A stretch of DNA of 52,546 nt, counting the filler, from Squatina squatina (Eukaryota): assembly GCA_031763465.1 (NCBI GenBank). It is 3 parts of 2 records of this genome, joined end to end, with 100 filler letters (N's around TTAATTAATTAA, not from the genome) between each part and the next. Parts side by side here need not be neighbours in the genome. Positions count along the whole stretch, not along the records: positions 13,295 to 33,703 come from JARFOE010000016.1; positions 33,804 to 52,546 come from JARFOE010000016.1; 1 more part is not named here. One strand, 5' to 3'. The notes beneath the pieces were generated by a model. It worked only from the letters and a program-made list of their open reading frames with translations, made no database searches and was not told where the DNA came from. Made by a program: the position numbers and the translations under genes. Below, in pieces: positions 25,765-38,782 of the stretch (its first letter is position 1; the number at the start of each line of letters is the position of its first letter).

Positions 25765-26403
25765 ACAATGTGCATTTTTGAAGGTGGCAGGACAAGTTGA
25801 GAAGGCTGTTAAAAACATATGGGATCCTGGGCTTTATAAATAGAGGCGGAGAGTACAAAAGCAAGGAAGTTATGGTAAACCTTTGGAAATTACTGCATTG
25901 GTGTCAGCTGGAGTATTATGTCCAATTCTAGACACCACTCTTTAGCAAGGATGTAATGCCTTAGGGAGGGTGCAGAGGAGGTTTACTAGAATGGTACCAG
26001 GGATAAGCGACTTCAGTTATATGGAGAGACTGAGGTTGACTTTCGAGCAGAAAAGGTTAAGAGGAAATGGAGACATTCAAAAGTATGAACGGTTTTGATA
26101 CAGGAGGGTCAGTAACCAGAGGACACAGATTTAAGATAATTGGCAAAAAAAAATCCAGGGGAAATGAGGAGAAAATTTAGTTTTTGCAGCAAATTGTTAT
26201 GATCTGGATTGTACTGCCTAAAAGGGTGGTGGAAGCAGATTCAATAGGAACTTACAAAAGGGAATTGGATAAATACTTGAAAAGGAGAACTTTGCAGGGC
26301 TACGGGGAAAAAGCAGGAGAGTGGGACTACTTGAATAGCTCTTTAAAAGAGCTGGCACAGACAAAATGAGCCGAATGGCCTCCTTCTGTGCTGTATGATT
26401 CTA
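25765..26403 (+). mobile_element. CR1 LINE 3' fragment (ORF2 C-terminus and 3' UTR)
   Basis: agggtgcagaggaggtttactagaatggtaccagg (RVQRRFTRMVPG), LPKRVVEADSIGTYKRELDKYL and a terminal ccgaatggcctccttctgtgctgtatgattcta. Confidence 0.9.
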
Positions 26404-27779
26404 TCCGTTATCCCGAGAGAACAATTGAATGTATCCATTGCACAATGTAACCAGTCTTAAAGTTTCACTTCAATACCAATTTGTGAGTACTCCCTCAGGT
26501 TAACACTCTCGTTTTCTCTGCANNNNNNNNNNNNNNNNNNNNNNNNNNNNNNNNNNNNNNNNNNNNNNNNNNNNNNNNNNNNNNNNNNNNNNNNNNNNNN
26601 NNNNNNNNNNNNNNNNNNNNNNAAAGTTAATGTCTTAATGTTTTCACATCTGCCAACAATACCAGTTACTTGCGACCATCACCAAACAAAGCTAAGGTAC
26701 ATCTGATGCAGTCCTCTGCACTGCAACCACAAATGTGTTAATACAATTTAATTTGTCCGTTCGGAGTCCAAAGTCACTAGATTTGGTTCCCAAAATAAGT
26801 ATCCCCTGAATTTGCATGAATGTGCATTTCAGAAGTATCATCGACAAAAAAGAATTTCATACAATTTATTTGTAAAATTAAGACTGCAGTGGAAATTCTG
26901 TGCAAAAGGGGGGTTCTCAGTTGCACTTATTGCTCTCTGGTTTCTTTTTGAAATTTGAATACTTTTTGTTTGCAAAAACATAATTGTAGGAACAAGCACT
27001 CTTTCTTGAAATTATCAAAGGCACTACTGGCAGAATTAACAAAAACAAGGCATGGAAACAGAACACCCCACAACAAACAATCGTATAGATTTTTCTTCTA
27101 GATGTACCAAGTTTTGGCACAATAAACAAAATGAGAAATAATGAANNNNNNNNNNNNNNNNNNNNNNNNNNNNNNNNNNNNNNNNNNNNNNNNNNNNNNN
27201 NNNNNNNNNNNNNNNNNNNNNNNNNNNNNNNNNNNNNNNNNNNNNCCAAGAATATGCTAATTGGCTGGCTCTGGGAATTCTGATGGGGTCAGGCACAGAG
27301 TTCACTGGTGCATTGTAAGTCCTGCACCACCATTATTATGACAGTGAAGCAGGATTGTGGGCTTTCTGACCCAGTATCACCAACATTTTCCTACGTATTC
27401 CTGCATTTGTATGATAAATGTTCAAAGCAGAATGTTATATTAATTGTACTCTGTAGTGAACTGAAATATTCTATTTAATATTTTTCCAAATCACACTATC
27501 ATGGACATGTTCTCATACTTCATTTATTTACATCATGAATTTGATGTAAATAGACTTAAAGTCACAAGCAATTAATTATGTGCACAGCAGAAATGCTGTG
27601 ATCTTTTAAAAAAGTATTGCTAAATGAAGCACTGCCATTTTCTCATGGTTATTTTCATAACACTGCAAGATACTATTGTGATATGACATTAAATTCAAAC
27701 ATGACTAGCTATTTGGGTTACTTATCATAGTTTCAGGGAACTTGACAATCCAGGAAAGTTATGCAAAAAGATTGTGTAA

Positions 27780-28400
27780 CTTCTCTGTCAAAAATTGACA
27801 TTGATCCACCAAGCTTTGTTTATCCAGCAGGTAATTTGCTAGGAAAACACAATTGGATTCTTGAAACCGACCTGTATTGATTGTATGTGGCAAGAACTTC
27901 CCAATTCAACATGGGCTGTCTGAAGTTAGCATCAATAAAAGTGACCCCTGTCATTGTAAAGGTTTCTATTCATCCATTGAAACCCAAAGTGCATCTCACA
28001 GACAGTATTATTTTCTGTTGACTACTTTGCTTTCTGTTATGAATCACTATCCATTCAGATTTAATTCTACTTTTCCACTATCTGACAGCTCAATAATTCA
28101 TCTGTCAAGCAATGGCCTACATACCAGACTCTGACATATAACCTGTCAGGGAGGAAGATACAGGAAAGTCAAATGAATTCTTTATAGGTTAGCGAGGAGA
28201 TCAGAATAGTCCTAATCTGCAAACACTGTCAATATTAATTTCAGACATTTGATAAGTGGTCACTGCACCATAATGCAGATTTTCTCTACAAACTGGTAAT
28301 AATCTGTTGTTGCGACAGATGTACAAAGTGATTATGGAATGCTGGCTTGACAGGCTGCTCAAGCTAGATAATGATTCATTAAACAAAGAGCATCATTGAA
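27780..28400. promoter_or_regulatory. Candidate developmental enhancer / conserved noncoding element (MEIS/TALE motif cluster)
   Basis: Seven TGACAG/CTGTCA hexamers in 569 bp, plus TGATNNAT and AACAAAG motifs, in a 4-kb contig with no repeats I recognise. Confidence 0.45.
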
Positions 28401-31345
28401 TGAAACTGATTGGAATGATTATGCAGAGTCAGATCCCTAGAGAGGTCTTCAAGCAATATAACTTTGTAAAGACGTATAAAACTAACAAAAACACGAGATT
28501 TATATTCATATTTCTTGTCTATAAGGAACTCCATTCTCCAGGTCTCAAAGCTACATTATTGGATGTTGTTTGTCAGGATGCAGCCCATTCTCTGTCTGAC
28601 TTCTCTCTTCTATTACGGTATCACTGCAGCACATTAGATTAGAATTGTAGCTTCTTTCAACAACCCAAAATGGTGTTGCGCAGCATATTACATCACGTGT
28701 GGCATTCTGGGGAGTGTAAAATTTGAGGGAGCTTTGGTGACGGGAAGAGAGAGATTATCATTCAAAATGCCTCAAATATTTTCATGTATTACGCAAATGA
28801 AAGGGACAAGAGAGGGGGGAAAAAAAGGATACATTGTTAGCCTAAATAACAAATGGAGAGATGGCAACAGTTCAAATAGTTTATCCCATTTGGCAACATA
28901 AGCGAGTGTAGACCTTTAGTCAATGCCTCAGGACATTACCCTCCCATAAAAAAGTGAAAAGTTAATGAGCTCCCCTGGTGACAGCAGGCGATTTGCCATG
29001 ATTGTCAAGGGAAATATCCAGAAATTAGATCAAATAAATTAATACTCAGAAGGAAAGGAATGAGAAGCCACCTGTTTTAGCATCCTTACAAGTGTCCATC
29101 CCAAATACAATTTTGACTGCAATTCAGAAGCAGTTCCAACTAACTAGGAAAACAAGCTCAAGAATTTTTTGCAACAGGAAGAAGCCATTAAGCCTATCCT
29201 TTTTATTCAAAAATCAATCCCACCTATCCACCTCCTCATCACTGCTGTTTCTGGTAACTGATTTTACATTTTATACACACTGTAGACATTAGTCATTTAA
29301 TGAAGTGCTGTTCATACCGGATATACTACTCCTGTGATGGCCATTGGTAAGTAAGAGCGTTGGTAGTTAGAACTGCAAAAGGGAACTTAAAACTCAGTTG
29401 GCATTTTAAATACTTAGCAATTCACTGTAAGTTCCTTTAACACAATGGTTTCATCAGCAGAAATGTGGAAATATAAATGTTGAGTACGGGATTCTTATTC
29501 CCATTTGATTTGAAGGATAACTGCACTACATAACACATTTTCAGCACATTACTGGGAGCACGCCACCTGTAAGTCCAGACGGGAAAGATAAAACTTGTCA
29601 GTGTCAAAGAAGTATGTGAATAAAGAGTAATTTTTCCAAGATTTGATGACTCTGAAATCATAAGCTTGTTCAGTCAATTTAGTGTCATAAGAATTTAAAT
29701 ACAAGAAATCCCGGAAGTTTGTTCTCATGGCGATAGAGGGGGAGCTGGTACCAGTGGTCATGCATAATGCATAATTCTAGAGAAGAAACACTAGGAAATG
29801 CGATATGTATAGATTTTCAATGCAGCAAAGTCATCAGCTAAACTCTGCTGTGGAAAATAAACTAATGGCTCATTATTGATCAATCTGCATAAGAGATCCG
29901 AAGGTAGTGCATATGTTGAAAGTATTCAAGAGATAATGTGCTAGCTGGGTCAGAGCAATATTGTGCCTGAGGCTGCTGCTTCTCTTATCCACTCCCTCCC
30001 TAATTTTTTTTTTTAGTTTTAAAATTTGCTTAATTTTTCCTAACTTATGGGCCTGACATAAGTAGTGTCAGATCAAATTAGCCTGGCCTATTTATTAATT
30101 TGCACTTATCGTAAAAATAAAATCTACCACTATAAGTGCTGGACGCACTTCATTCTTAAAAACTGCAACCAACTGGGTGATGTCGTAAGTTGTAGGCGGT
30201 GGATTCAGTTATGTTCCTTGACAGTGAATTATCATCTTGGCTGCACTTGAGCAGATACTTTCCTAAAAGGGATAAAATAACTGGCCACAGTTGTGCAACT
30301 CTGATGCTGACAAAGGATGGGAGTAGGCTGCTTGCTTGCTCTCTTAACTGGGTCTAGTGTGTAGGATGGAAAACTAGAGAGAAAGGGGAGAAAATGTTTT
30401 AAATAAACTGAAAAAAATTAAAAACAAATTCTTGACCATACTTTACGAGTGGTCACAAAGTTGGGGAGGAGAAAGATAGGATGTGCGAGAGAGAGACTGA
30501 TTATGTGATAAATCTCAATGCAGGTAGATTAGCTTGAAAATAACAGAGCAGTGCGAGGGGCTACAATTTTTCTATAATACAAACGCAATGTTTTAAGAGT
30601 ATTTTCTCCTTTGTGACAGAAACACAAACTGTCTTGGGCTGACAACAGCAGAACCCCCCCCAAAAAATATAGGATTCAGAAGTGTCATATGAACACTAGA
30701 ATTATTATTGTTTAGAAAAGTCTTTAGATCTTTATGATTATAGACTTTATTTCGTTATCCTATTGCAGAATGTTGCCACTTTGAGCTTTTTAGAACTAGT
30801 TATGTATCAAGTCAATAGAAACAAAACTGAAATCTCACTCGCTTTCTCTTCCTGCAGCAGCAATTTTAATAATGCTATTTTGCTCGTATTTGCAACTTAT
30901 AATGCAAAACAAACAAGGCAGCAAATTAACTGCCTTTATTATTAATGTGGTTCAATAGTGTTTTCTTCACTATTAGTTCTTTTTGTGCAACAGGCTACAC
31001 TAGCAATTTTTAAATAAACTGCACTCTCGGTCGGAAAGTCCTTCTCCAGGGACTATTTTATCGCTGAAAAAGGGAAAATAAAAAAAATTAGCCAAAAAAC
31101 CTTATTAAAAATAAACACTTGCACAAGGAGCAATTCACAAAGAATGCATAGCACAAGGTTTTGCTAGTCATATTAGTCTGTTAATGCAAACAGTGGACTG
31201 TTAGTGATCAGAGAAGGTGGCCATTTTGGATTATTTCTGAACATAAAGCATATAGTGAGATTNNNNNNNNNNNNNNNNNNNNNNNNNNNNNNNNNNNNNN
31301 NNNNNNNNNNNNNNNNNNNNNNNNNNNNNNNNNNNNNNNNNNNNN

Positions 31346-31855
31346 GTGTAAATAAAGAGAAAGAGAATGGTAAAGGGGAATGGGGGTCCTTTAAATACAG
31401 TTGCAGGCAAGACTATAATGGATGATCAGGAAATGGCAGACTTGTGAAATGAACACTTTATATCTGTTTTCACAGTGGAAGAAGAGAACATAGTACCTAG
31501 GGATAATCAAGAGAAGGAACTTAGGGGATTTAATACAAGTAAAAAAGATAATGGTGAAAATAATGGGACTTAAGATGGACAAATCTCCAAGACCTTATGG
31601 TTTCCAGCCCAGGGTATTAAAATAAATAGGCGAGGAAATTGCAGGTGCATAAGTCAGAATTTTCCACAGCTTTCTAGATTCAGGAATTGTGCCTTTTGGA
31701 TTGGAAAATTATAAATGTCACTCATTTAAGAAGGGCAGAGGGAGAAACCAGGTAACTATGGGCCTGTCAGTTTACCATCAACTATGAGGAAGTTACTGGA
31801 ATCTATCATCAGAGACAGAGTGACCAAACACTTTGATAAGTATCAGTAGATCAAA
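31346..31855 (+). mobile_element. CR1 LINE ORF2 fragment
   Basis: Degenerate DKSP.P.G..PRVLK...P.DWKI.NVT..FKKG.R.KPGNY.PVSL motifs. Confidence 0.88.
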
Positions 31856-33703
31856 AGGCCTTCAAAGGATTGTGCAGCATAGAAGACTAAAGCAGGATTG
31901 AATTTAACAGAAATCCTTTGTATTCAAAGATTCAGCAATGGCAAATAAGAGAAATATTGAGATTAAATTAAAAAAGCATCTAACTCTTCATTAATCCAAA
32001 AATATGTTACGCCAGAAAAAGTTATCCTTTAAGAATATTACCATCCAATCCTGCTTTAAAGTAATTTTAAAGCTCACAGGCAGGAGATACTACGCATCAA
32101 CCCACTGAGAGAAGCTAAAAGGACAAAACTAGTCCTGTTAATTTGACCATGAAGTCATACCCTAAGCCAGCAGCCCCAGAAAAGGAGAAAAATGGAAAAC
32201 CCATGCTTAACATTTACAGCATAAGCTACTGTGTTTAAACTAATGGAAATATTCTGTAGTATTACTGCTACATATGGTAACAAACATTTAGTTTGAATGC
32301 CTTTACTGTGGAGCTCCGTTTCTGGAAATGGATTTCATATTGCCTCAACAATAGTGAGTAATACTTTAGTATGTTTGAACTAGGACTAGAACAGTTATCA
32401 TTGCAGACTTCTGCACTAGTGATCAGTTCAGTACAGAATAAATCTTGACCCTACATATTTAATTTATACACACAGAATTGGAATTGAAAACAATGGTCAT
32501 TTTTGTGGTAGATTTTCTTTTTGAAGTGGTAGAAAGGAGAATTATAAAGTTTCTTTAAAGAAAAAATTAATGTGGTGAAATATTTAACCTTGTGTTGTAC
32601 AAAAGTATGGATTTTCCAAGTCATAATATTAATGTTCGTTATCATGATCCTTTCTGGGACAAGGCAAGCAATGCACTTACTTTGTGTTATTAAAATAATA
32701 CCTCCTGACAACTTATAGGCAATGCAACGGTATGGAAAAACAAAGCTGCTGACAATCATTGAGAAATGGCAAGATTAATAATATTTTCCCACATTGTTTC
32801 AAGTAGGGCTTGTATCCAGACAAAGCAAATTGTAAGTGCCAGACAAGACAGGGTTTCATGTTAAAATAAACCATATGTTTGACAACAAGCAGTTCATTAT
32901 CAAACTTGGTGCACCCTCAGTCCATTGTGTGTGTTTTATTTTGTGCTTATTTAAAGCAACAGCACTGAAAGGCTGTATATTTTGCTGAATGTGTGCTGCT
33001 GCCATATCACAGGTATTGCTTTTGCTAAATTCAAAGCATATATTCTTAAAGAACAAAAATTAACACATTCACTTCAATTTTTGCATTTGCTATCATTTAT
33101 TTAGTGTTAGGAATTTCTTCTTGATCTATATTGTCACACATAATGGAGAGTCCCACAATGTCTGTGATTTGATAAATAAACATAAGTTGTAGAAGACATT
33201 TTGAAATTAATGGCTTGCATGCACTAGTGGCATGAACTAACAATTGCATTGTGTTTTTGAATACTGGTACATACAGAAACAAAATATCAACTGAATCTCT
33301 TGCTTGGGATAGGAATCTTCACTTACTGATGTACTTAAACAGTTTCAAGAACACCATTAGTAAATGGAAAACTCCAAGATTCTTTACACTATGAAAGCAA
33401 TTACAAATGTTCTCAAAACATTTATAAAATTGCACAGCATCTTGAGCATAATTTTGGTAAAACCAAATTGGAGTTTGAATTGGGATGGGATGAATTTGCA
33501 TATATCAATACTGTAAACATGTGCAACATTGTTAAATGTAACCCTTTGTCTAGAAGGTGAAGTGCAAACTAAAGCTTGGTGGAAAAAAAGCACATTTGTG
33601 CTGTACAGTTCAGACAGTGGTGTTGGAGCAGGCCGACAGGATGAACTGACACCTCAGAGATACCATACTACCCATATAATGTATGGGTATCACAATTTAA
33701 GCC

Positions 33704-33803
33704 NNNNNNNNNNNNNNNNNNNNNNNNNNNNNNNNNNNNNNNNNNNNTTAATTAATTAANNNNNNNNNNNNNNNNNNNNNNNNNNNNNNNNNNNNNNNNN
33801 NNN
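33704..33803. other. Synthetic linker N44-TTAATTAATTAA-N44
   Basis: Identical architecture to 13195-13294. Confidence 0.95.
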
Positions 33804-34038
33804 CTTGATTCCAATAGTCTATAATTAATAAAATATTCGTATTCAGATTTCACAGGACTTGATGATAAAATATTGTTTGAAAAAGGAATGGAGAATTCGT
33901 CATTATTTACGACAGTATTTACTCAGTTTCTCAAATGGTTACTTTTCAGATTCACATCTAAATTTAGAAACTCAGGGTTTTGATCAGATGAGCTATGTTC
34001 AAGCTTACCACAGGGCTTTCATCTTATTGTGTTTACAG

Positions 34039-34167
34039 AGGTGCTGCCACTTGTTCAGTTCTATTTGGAAGAAGGAATTACGGATGAGGAAGCGGTGGCC
34101 CTGATTGACCGCGAGGTGCCCAGGACAGAACTGAAAAAGGACATGTGGCAGGAAAAGAACATTGGCG
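34039..34167 (+). CDS. IFT122: IFT122 internal exon near the C-terminus
   Basis: ttacag|(E)[42 protein letters not shown]|gtatcc; 129 nt, phase 1-1; human [23 protein letters not shown]. Confidence 0.9.
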
Positions 34168-35167
34168 GTATCCATTTTATAGTATCGCCCTGTGTGAAGT
34201 GGGCAGCATGTTGGAGCACCGACACAGTGATGCCCACCTCACCCGATTACCAAGCTCTGCTATACTGTAGTGGGACAGTGCCAAGACTGGACAGGATAAT
34301 GGGAGGGAAAGTCACCCCCTGGGCCACATTTGTCAGGTGCTCTTTCAGTCAGAACTGGGATCAGGTCAGTCATGGGTGTCTGTTGCTCAGAGAGCAGAAG
34401 GGAAAATACAATAGAAAAGGAAGAATTAGTGTATTATTATCTCATCAATTATTTGCCCTTGGGTTACTTTCTGTACTTTTGGAGTATTAAACAGCGGTGC
34501 TNNNNNNNNNNNNNNNNNNNNNNNNNNNNNNNNNNNNNNNNNNNNNNNNNNNNNNNNNNNNNNNNNNNNNNNNNNNNNNNNNNNNNNNNNNNNNNNNNNN
34601 NAATAGGAGATGGATTTCGACGTGTAAATTCTGCATTTGCCTTGTTCCCCATCCCAGTTCATGATCTCACATGTGTAAAGGGTATGCTTCCCCAGAGAGT
34701 GAGAGGCAACAAATCAGAGGCTGCAGCTCCCCAGTCTGGTTTTGTGACATGAACCCATTGCAAACCAAATTCTCATTAGAATTTTGCAAATCTGTGTTTG
34801 CGAGTGTTCAAAAACAGGATTGCAGGAGCGCTGTAGGGCAGTTTTCATGGTCAGAGAATGGTACAGGATGTGTGGACACAAAAAGACATCTCCAGTTTAA
34901 TGTCTTTAATAACCACGATTAATGGACAATGGGACAGCGAGACTCTGGGACCTTGCAGTTACCTGTTGAAATTAAATGCACCGTCCCTTTTATTAAAACT
35001 TAGGTTGTTTGCAGAGCAAGTGGTGTTACCAGTCCAGTTAGCAATGTGGAAAAGTTGTTGGCATCAAAGAGGCGGGTTTCATCTGGGTCTTGCAGGAATA
35101 TTCAGCAGTCCAGTCCAGTGATGACACAGATCTCATGAGTTTTTTTTTCCTGCATCATTTTTTGCAG

Positions 35168-35332
35168 CAAGGAGGCTCAGATTTCGTCCCTGTGATTGTG
35201 AATAGGGACGTTCTGCAGTCAATGAGCAGGAGGGATGTTCTGATTAAACGCTGGCCAAAGCCATTAAGGTGGCACTACTATCGATCGCTGTTACCTGATG
35301 TCTCCATCACAATGTGCCCTACATGTTTCCAG
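35168..35332 (+). CDS. IFT122: IFT122 penultimate exon
   Basis: ttgcag|[55 protein letters not shown]|gtggga; 165 nt. Confidence 0.95.
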
Positions 35333-35369
35333 GTGGGAATGTCTGCATTTTTTTACATTAACTTTTGTG

Positions 35370-36470
35370 ACACCCTTCTCACCACTCCTTTAAAATCCTG
35401 TTGTCCACCATCCCTCCACACCCCCAAGTCCCACCCAAATTTCTCCCAGAACTACCCTCCCTCCTTTCCTCCCTGATCCTCCACACTGAACGATTCTTCG
35501 CACTCTGATTAGAATCCTTACATCAGCTCCCCTTGACACCTCTCCTATAAATTCATTGACCTCCTGTCCTGCCTACACATCTTCCTCCATATTCACGCCC
35601 TCCTCCCTCGAGCTCATCATCTCCTGTGGCCTCTCTACTCCCATGGTTCCTATGTCTCAATCACAGGCTAGGCCATCTCCAACCACTTCCCTATATCCCT
35701 TATCACCCACATCTCCTTCTCTCCTTCCAACTCCACTTCCTTCTATGTCCACTCCTAGTAACAAAATCCCTTCTCTACCCTCTGCCCCCAAGTCACTTAC
35801 CGTTGTACTTTTAAACTCCCACCTGCTTGAGCCCCGATTTTTATGTCCCCCACCTGGCAGGAACAAGGCAGTTCTGGTCCAATGCCCATTTTACACTCTG
35901 CCTGATTCTACATCTCGGCCAGCCTTCCTGATGTGACCCCCATCTTCACCCCCTCAAGTACAAGGGGCACAGACCTGAACATATCTGGTGCACAACTGGT
36001 TTAGCCATTCATCACCAGATCTTGTTAGGCAACACCAAGTCATATCGACCCTCACTCTCCTCTGCCAAAAGTGCTCAATACCCCAGAATCATCCTGATAG
36101 CAAAACTAAACGCCTGGCTTATTTTCTCCAATATCATCTGCCTCCTTAAATGCCTCTCCCCTGCCCACTCCACCCTCACCTCCAACAAAGTGCAAGGAGC
36201 TGATGGATTTCTTTGTGACTAACATTGAGACCATTTATTCAGCTGCCTCTGTTGCTTCACCACTTCATCCACCAAGCCAAGCCTTCCCCCTGCCCTTGCC
36301 CTGAATCTGCACTTTCTCTCCTAACACCCTTCATGCCATCTCGAAACTCATCTTGTCCTTGAGAGCCATGCCCCATTCCCTTTTCCTGCTAAGCTACTGA
36401 CCAGACAACTTCCCTTGCTGGCCCGAGTACTTCATTGTCCAGTTCAGTGGGACTGCCCTTGCTTGGTACG
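35370..36470 (+). mobile_element. L2-like LINE fragment, C-rich and degenerate
   Basis: Pyrimidine-rich ORF2 remnant including ccctcacctccaacaaagtgcaaggagctgatggatttctttgtgactaacattgagacc (KC.ELMDFFVT.IET). Boundaries approximate. Confidence 0.65.
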
Positions 36471-36760
36471 CTCTCTATGGCTTTTACAAAGGGACACCCA
36501 AAACTGTCCTCGGTGCTTTGTTCCTTAACCAGTGTGGTGTACACATGTATCATTACTTCTTCACGCTTGTACGTTATGACCCTATTAATATCACTCAAAA
36601 TGCTGTTGATCTTTTTTTAATGGTTTTATCTACCTGCACTTGTACTTTCAGGGAATTATGTATTTGAAACCCCTATGTCTCTGTTCATTCACACCCTTCA
36701 TCTCTCCATTGAGTGTATTCATATTTACCCGCTGGGCTATCTTGTATTTATCCATATTTA
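36470..36760 (-). mobile_element. CR1 LINE fragment, degenerate
   Basis: Minus-strand remnants INRVITYKREEVMIHVYTTLV resemble the CR1 ORF2 C-terminal region. Confidence 0.65.
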
Positions 36761-36833
36761 GTCTTGAATTATTGCCTGACTGAGAATCTGCTTTGTCCAA
36801 CCCTACTTTACCACCGGTGCCCTTCACCCACAG

Positions 36834-36923
36834 ATGTTTCACAGTGAAGACTATGAATTGCTCGTTCTTCAGCACAACTGCTGCCCATACTGTCGCCGGC
36901 CAATAGATGAACCCAGTCCGTGA
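36834..36923 (+). CDS. IFT122: IFT122 terminal coding exon (not in ORF track)
   Basis: ccacag|[29 protein letters not shown]; human [22 protein letters not shown]. Confidence 0.95.
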   Translation: MFHSEDYELLVLQHNCCPYCRRPIDEPSP

Positions 36924-37557
36924 TCAACGTTGCACAGCCAGTGTTAAGAAGAATCTTTCCATTCCTTTAGTACGGGAATTGCGGCCCTGAGAATTTTACA
37001 TCAGGTGTTGATAGTATTTAAGGCAGCTTCTGTTGTACTTTGGTTTGCTGCAAGCTGACTCTCCAGAACAGGCTACATGTGTGTGTGGCACATAGAGGCT
37101 GCCACTAGGATTTTAGAAAACTAAATCCAGAACTTGAAAGTGTCTGAAAGATTCATTCCAATAATCTGAAATTTGACTGTTGATCTATTGAGTGTTTATA
37201 AAATGAAACAATAAGGATTGTATATTACATGCACATGGATGTTAGCTGAAAGAGCTCTCATGGCTGATTCCTGTATTGGATGTGACCATTTCTAAAAGCA
37301 CATCCTGTGGCATTGGGCACATGGTATTTNNNNNNNNNNNNNNNNNNNNNNNNNNNNNNNNNNNNNNNNNNNNNNNNNNNNNNNNNNNNNNNNNNNNNNN
37401 NNNNNNNNNNNNNNNNNNNNNNNNNNNNNNNNNNNNNNNNNNNNNNNNNNNNNNNNNNNNNNNNNNNNNNNNNNNNNNNNNNNNNNNNNNNNNNNNNNNN
37501 NNNNNNNNNNNNNNNNNNNNNNNNNNNNNNNNNNNNNNNNNNNNNNNNNNNNNNNNN

Positions 37558-37633
37558 TACACAGACACATGCACAGGTACACACACAGGTACACACCCAG
37601 ACACATGCACAGGTACACACACAGAGACACAGG
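37558..37633. repeat. AC-rich tandem repeat (acacatgcacaggt-type) bordering a gap
   Basis: Directly visible. Confidence 0.8.
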
Positions 37634-37794
37634 TCTGTACCTGCTTGCTGCTTCAATTTTTCTATACTTGACAATAGCGAAGAGGAATCTTTCACCAAGG
37701 GCCTCACCTTCCAGCGTAGCAGCTGCAGTGTTAATAACTTGATGAGTTTATATTGCCTGAGATCGCGGCTGAATTATTGTGCTTTTGCGGTGGC

Positions 37795-37855
37795 CTAAAT
37801 TGCTTTCTGCTGACTAGCAGGGCCGGGTTAATCCAAGGCTGCTGCTTTATAAGGC
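37795..37855 (+). promoter_or_regulatory. Rhodopsin proximal promoter: NRL/Maf element, CRX site and TATA box
   Basis: TGCTGACTAGCAG (37808-37820) with an AT-rich 5' flank, TAATCC (37829-37834) and TATAA (37848-37852), 160 nt upstream of the ATG. Confidence 0.75.
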
Positions 37856-38007
37856 ACATGGACCCCCTGGGAGAGGAGATTGGAGCCTGTCATCGCTCAG
37901 TGTGGTCACTGCTCTGCACCGGGAAGCGTTAGGCTGAGAGAGGACCATCTGGGGAGGAGAGAAAGGGAAAGGTTGATTTCTTCGCAGTCCCACAACAACC
38001 TGCAGCC

Positions 38008-38368
38008 ATGAACGGCACCGAGGGAGATAACTTCTACATTCCCATGTCCAACAAGACGGGGGTGGTGAGAAGCCCGTTCGAGTACCCCCAGTATTACCTG
38101 GCTGAGCCCTGGAAGTTTTCGGTGCTCGCAGCCTACATGTTCTTTCTCATCATTACAGGTTTCCCCGTCAATTTCCTCACCCTGTACGTCACTATCCAGC
38201 ACAAGAAACTGCGGCAACCCCTCAACTACATCCTGCTCAACCTGGCCGTGGCCGACCTCTTTATGGTCTTAGGTGGCTTCACCAGCACCATCGTCACCTC
38301 GATGAACGGTTACTTCATCTTCGGGCCGGCTGGCTGCAACTTCGAAGGGTTTTTCGCTACACTCGGCG
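38008..38368 (+). CDS. RHO: Rhodopsin (RH1) exon 1
   Basis: [35 protein letters not shown]...[12 protein letters not shown](G)|gtaagt; canonical 361-nt exon; E113 counterion and C110 present; KLRQPLNY is elasmobranch-type. Confidence 0.98.
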
Positions 38369-38697
38369 GTAAGTGCCGGCTCTGGCTCTGTGTTAGTTGG
38401 TGCACGGGGAATGGTCGGTTCCTGCACTGAGAGCGGTGCAGGAACTTCGCACAGGACATTCCATAGGACATCCAAACAAGCCGCTGTGGGGAAGGCGCAA
38501 GTGAAGACTTACCGGGCCAGGGAGGGTGTCCAGTGGAAATCTCCGCCACTGGCTGCGCTGTCACTGGGGGCAGAGCTCTCCTGGGCGCGAGTTATACCCG
38601 CCCGATACTCACTTCTACTGAAGCCAACAGTGCAATACCGCCCAAAGCAAATCCCCCCACCTCAGGGGAGTCAAACCTCAGTGCAGGCTTCACATGG

Positions 38698-38782
38698 CAG
38701 GGGAGAGCGGGGAGAGTCGGAGCAGGGGAGAGCGGGGAGAGTCGGAGCAGGGGAGAGCGGGGGGAGTGGGAGGAGGGGCGAG
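38698..38782. repeat. 25-bp G-rich minisatellite in RHO intron 1
   Basis: Unit caggggagagcggggagagtcggag starts at 38698, 38723 and 38748, running into the gap. Confidence 0.9.

Noticed and set aside
20580-33703. let-7 cluster or other miRNAs expected near FGD3
   Set aside because: No TGAGGTAG-type mature sequence in a hairpin was seen; actacctc near 23528 lacks the rest of let-7.
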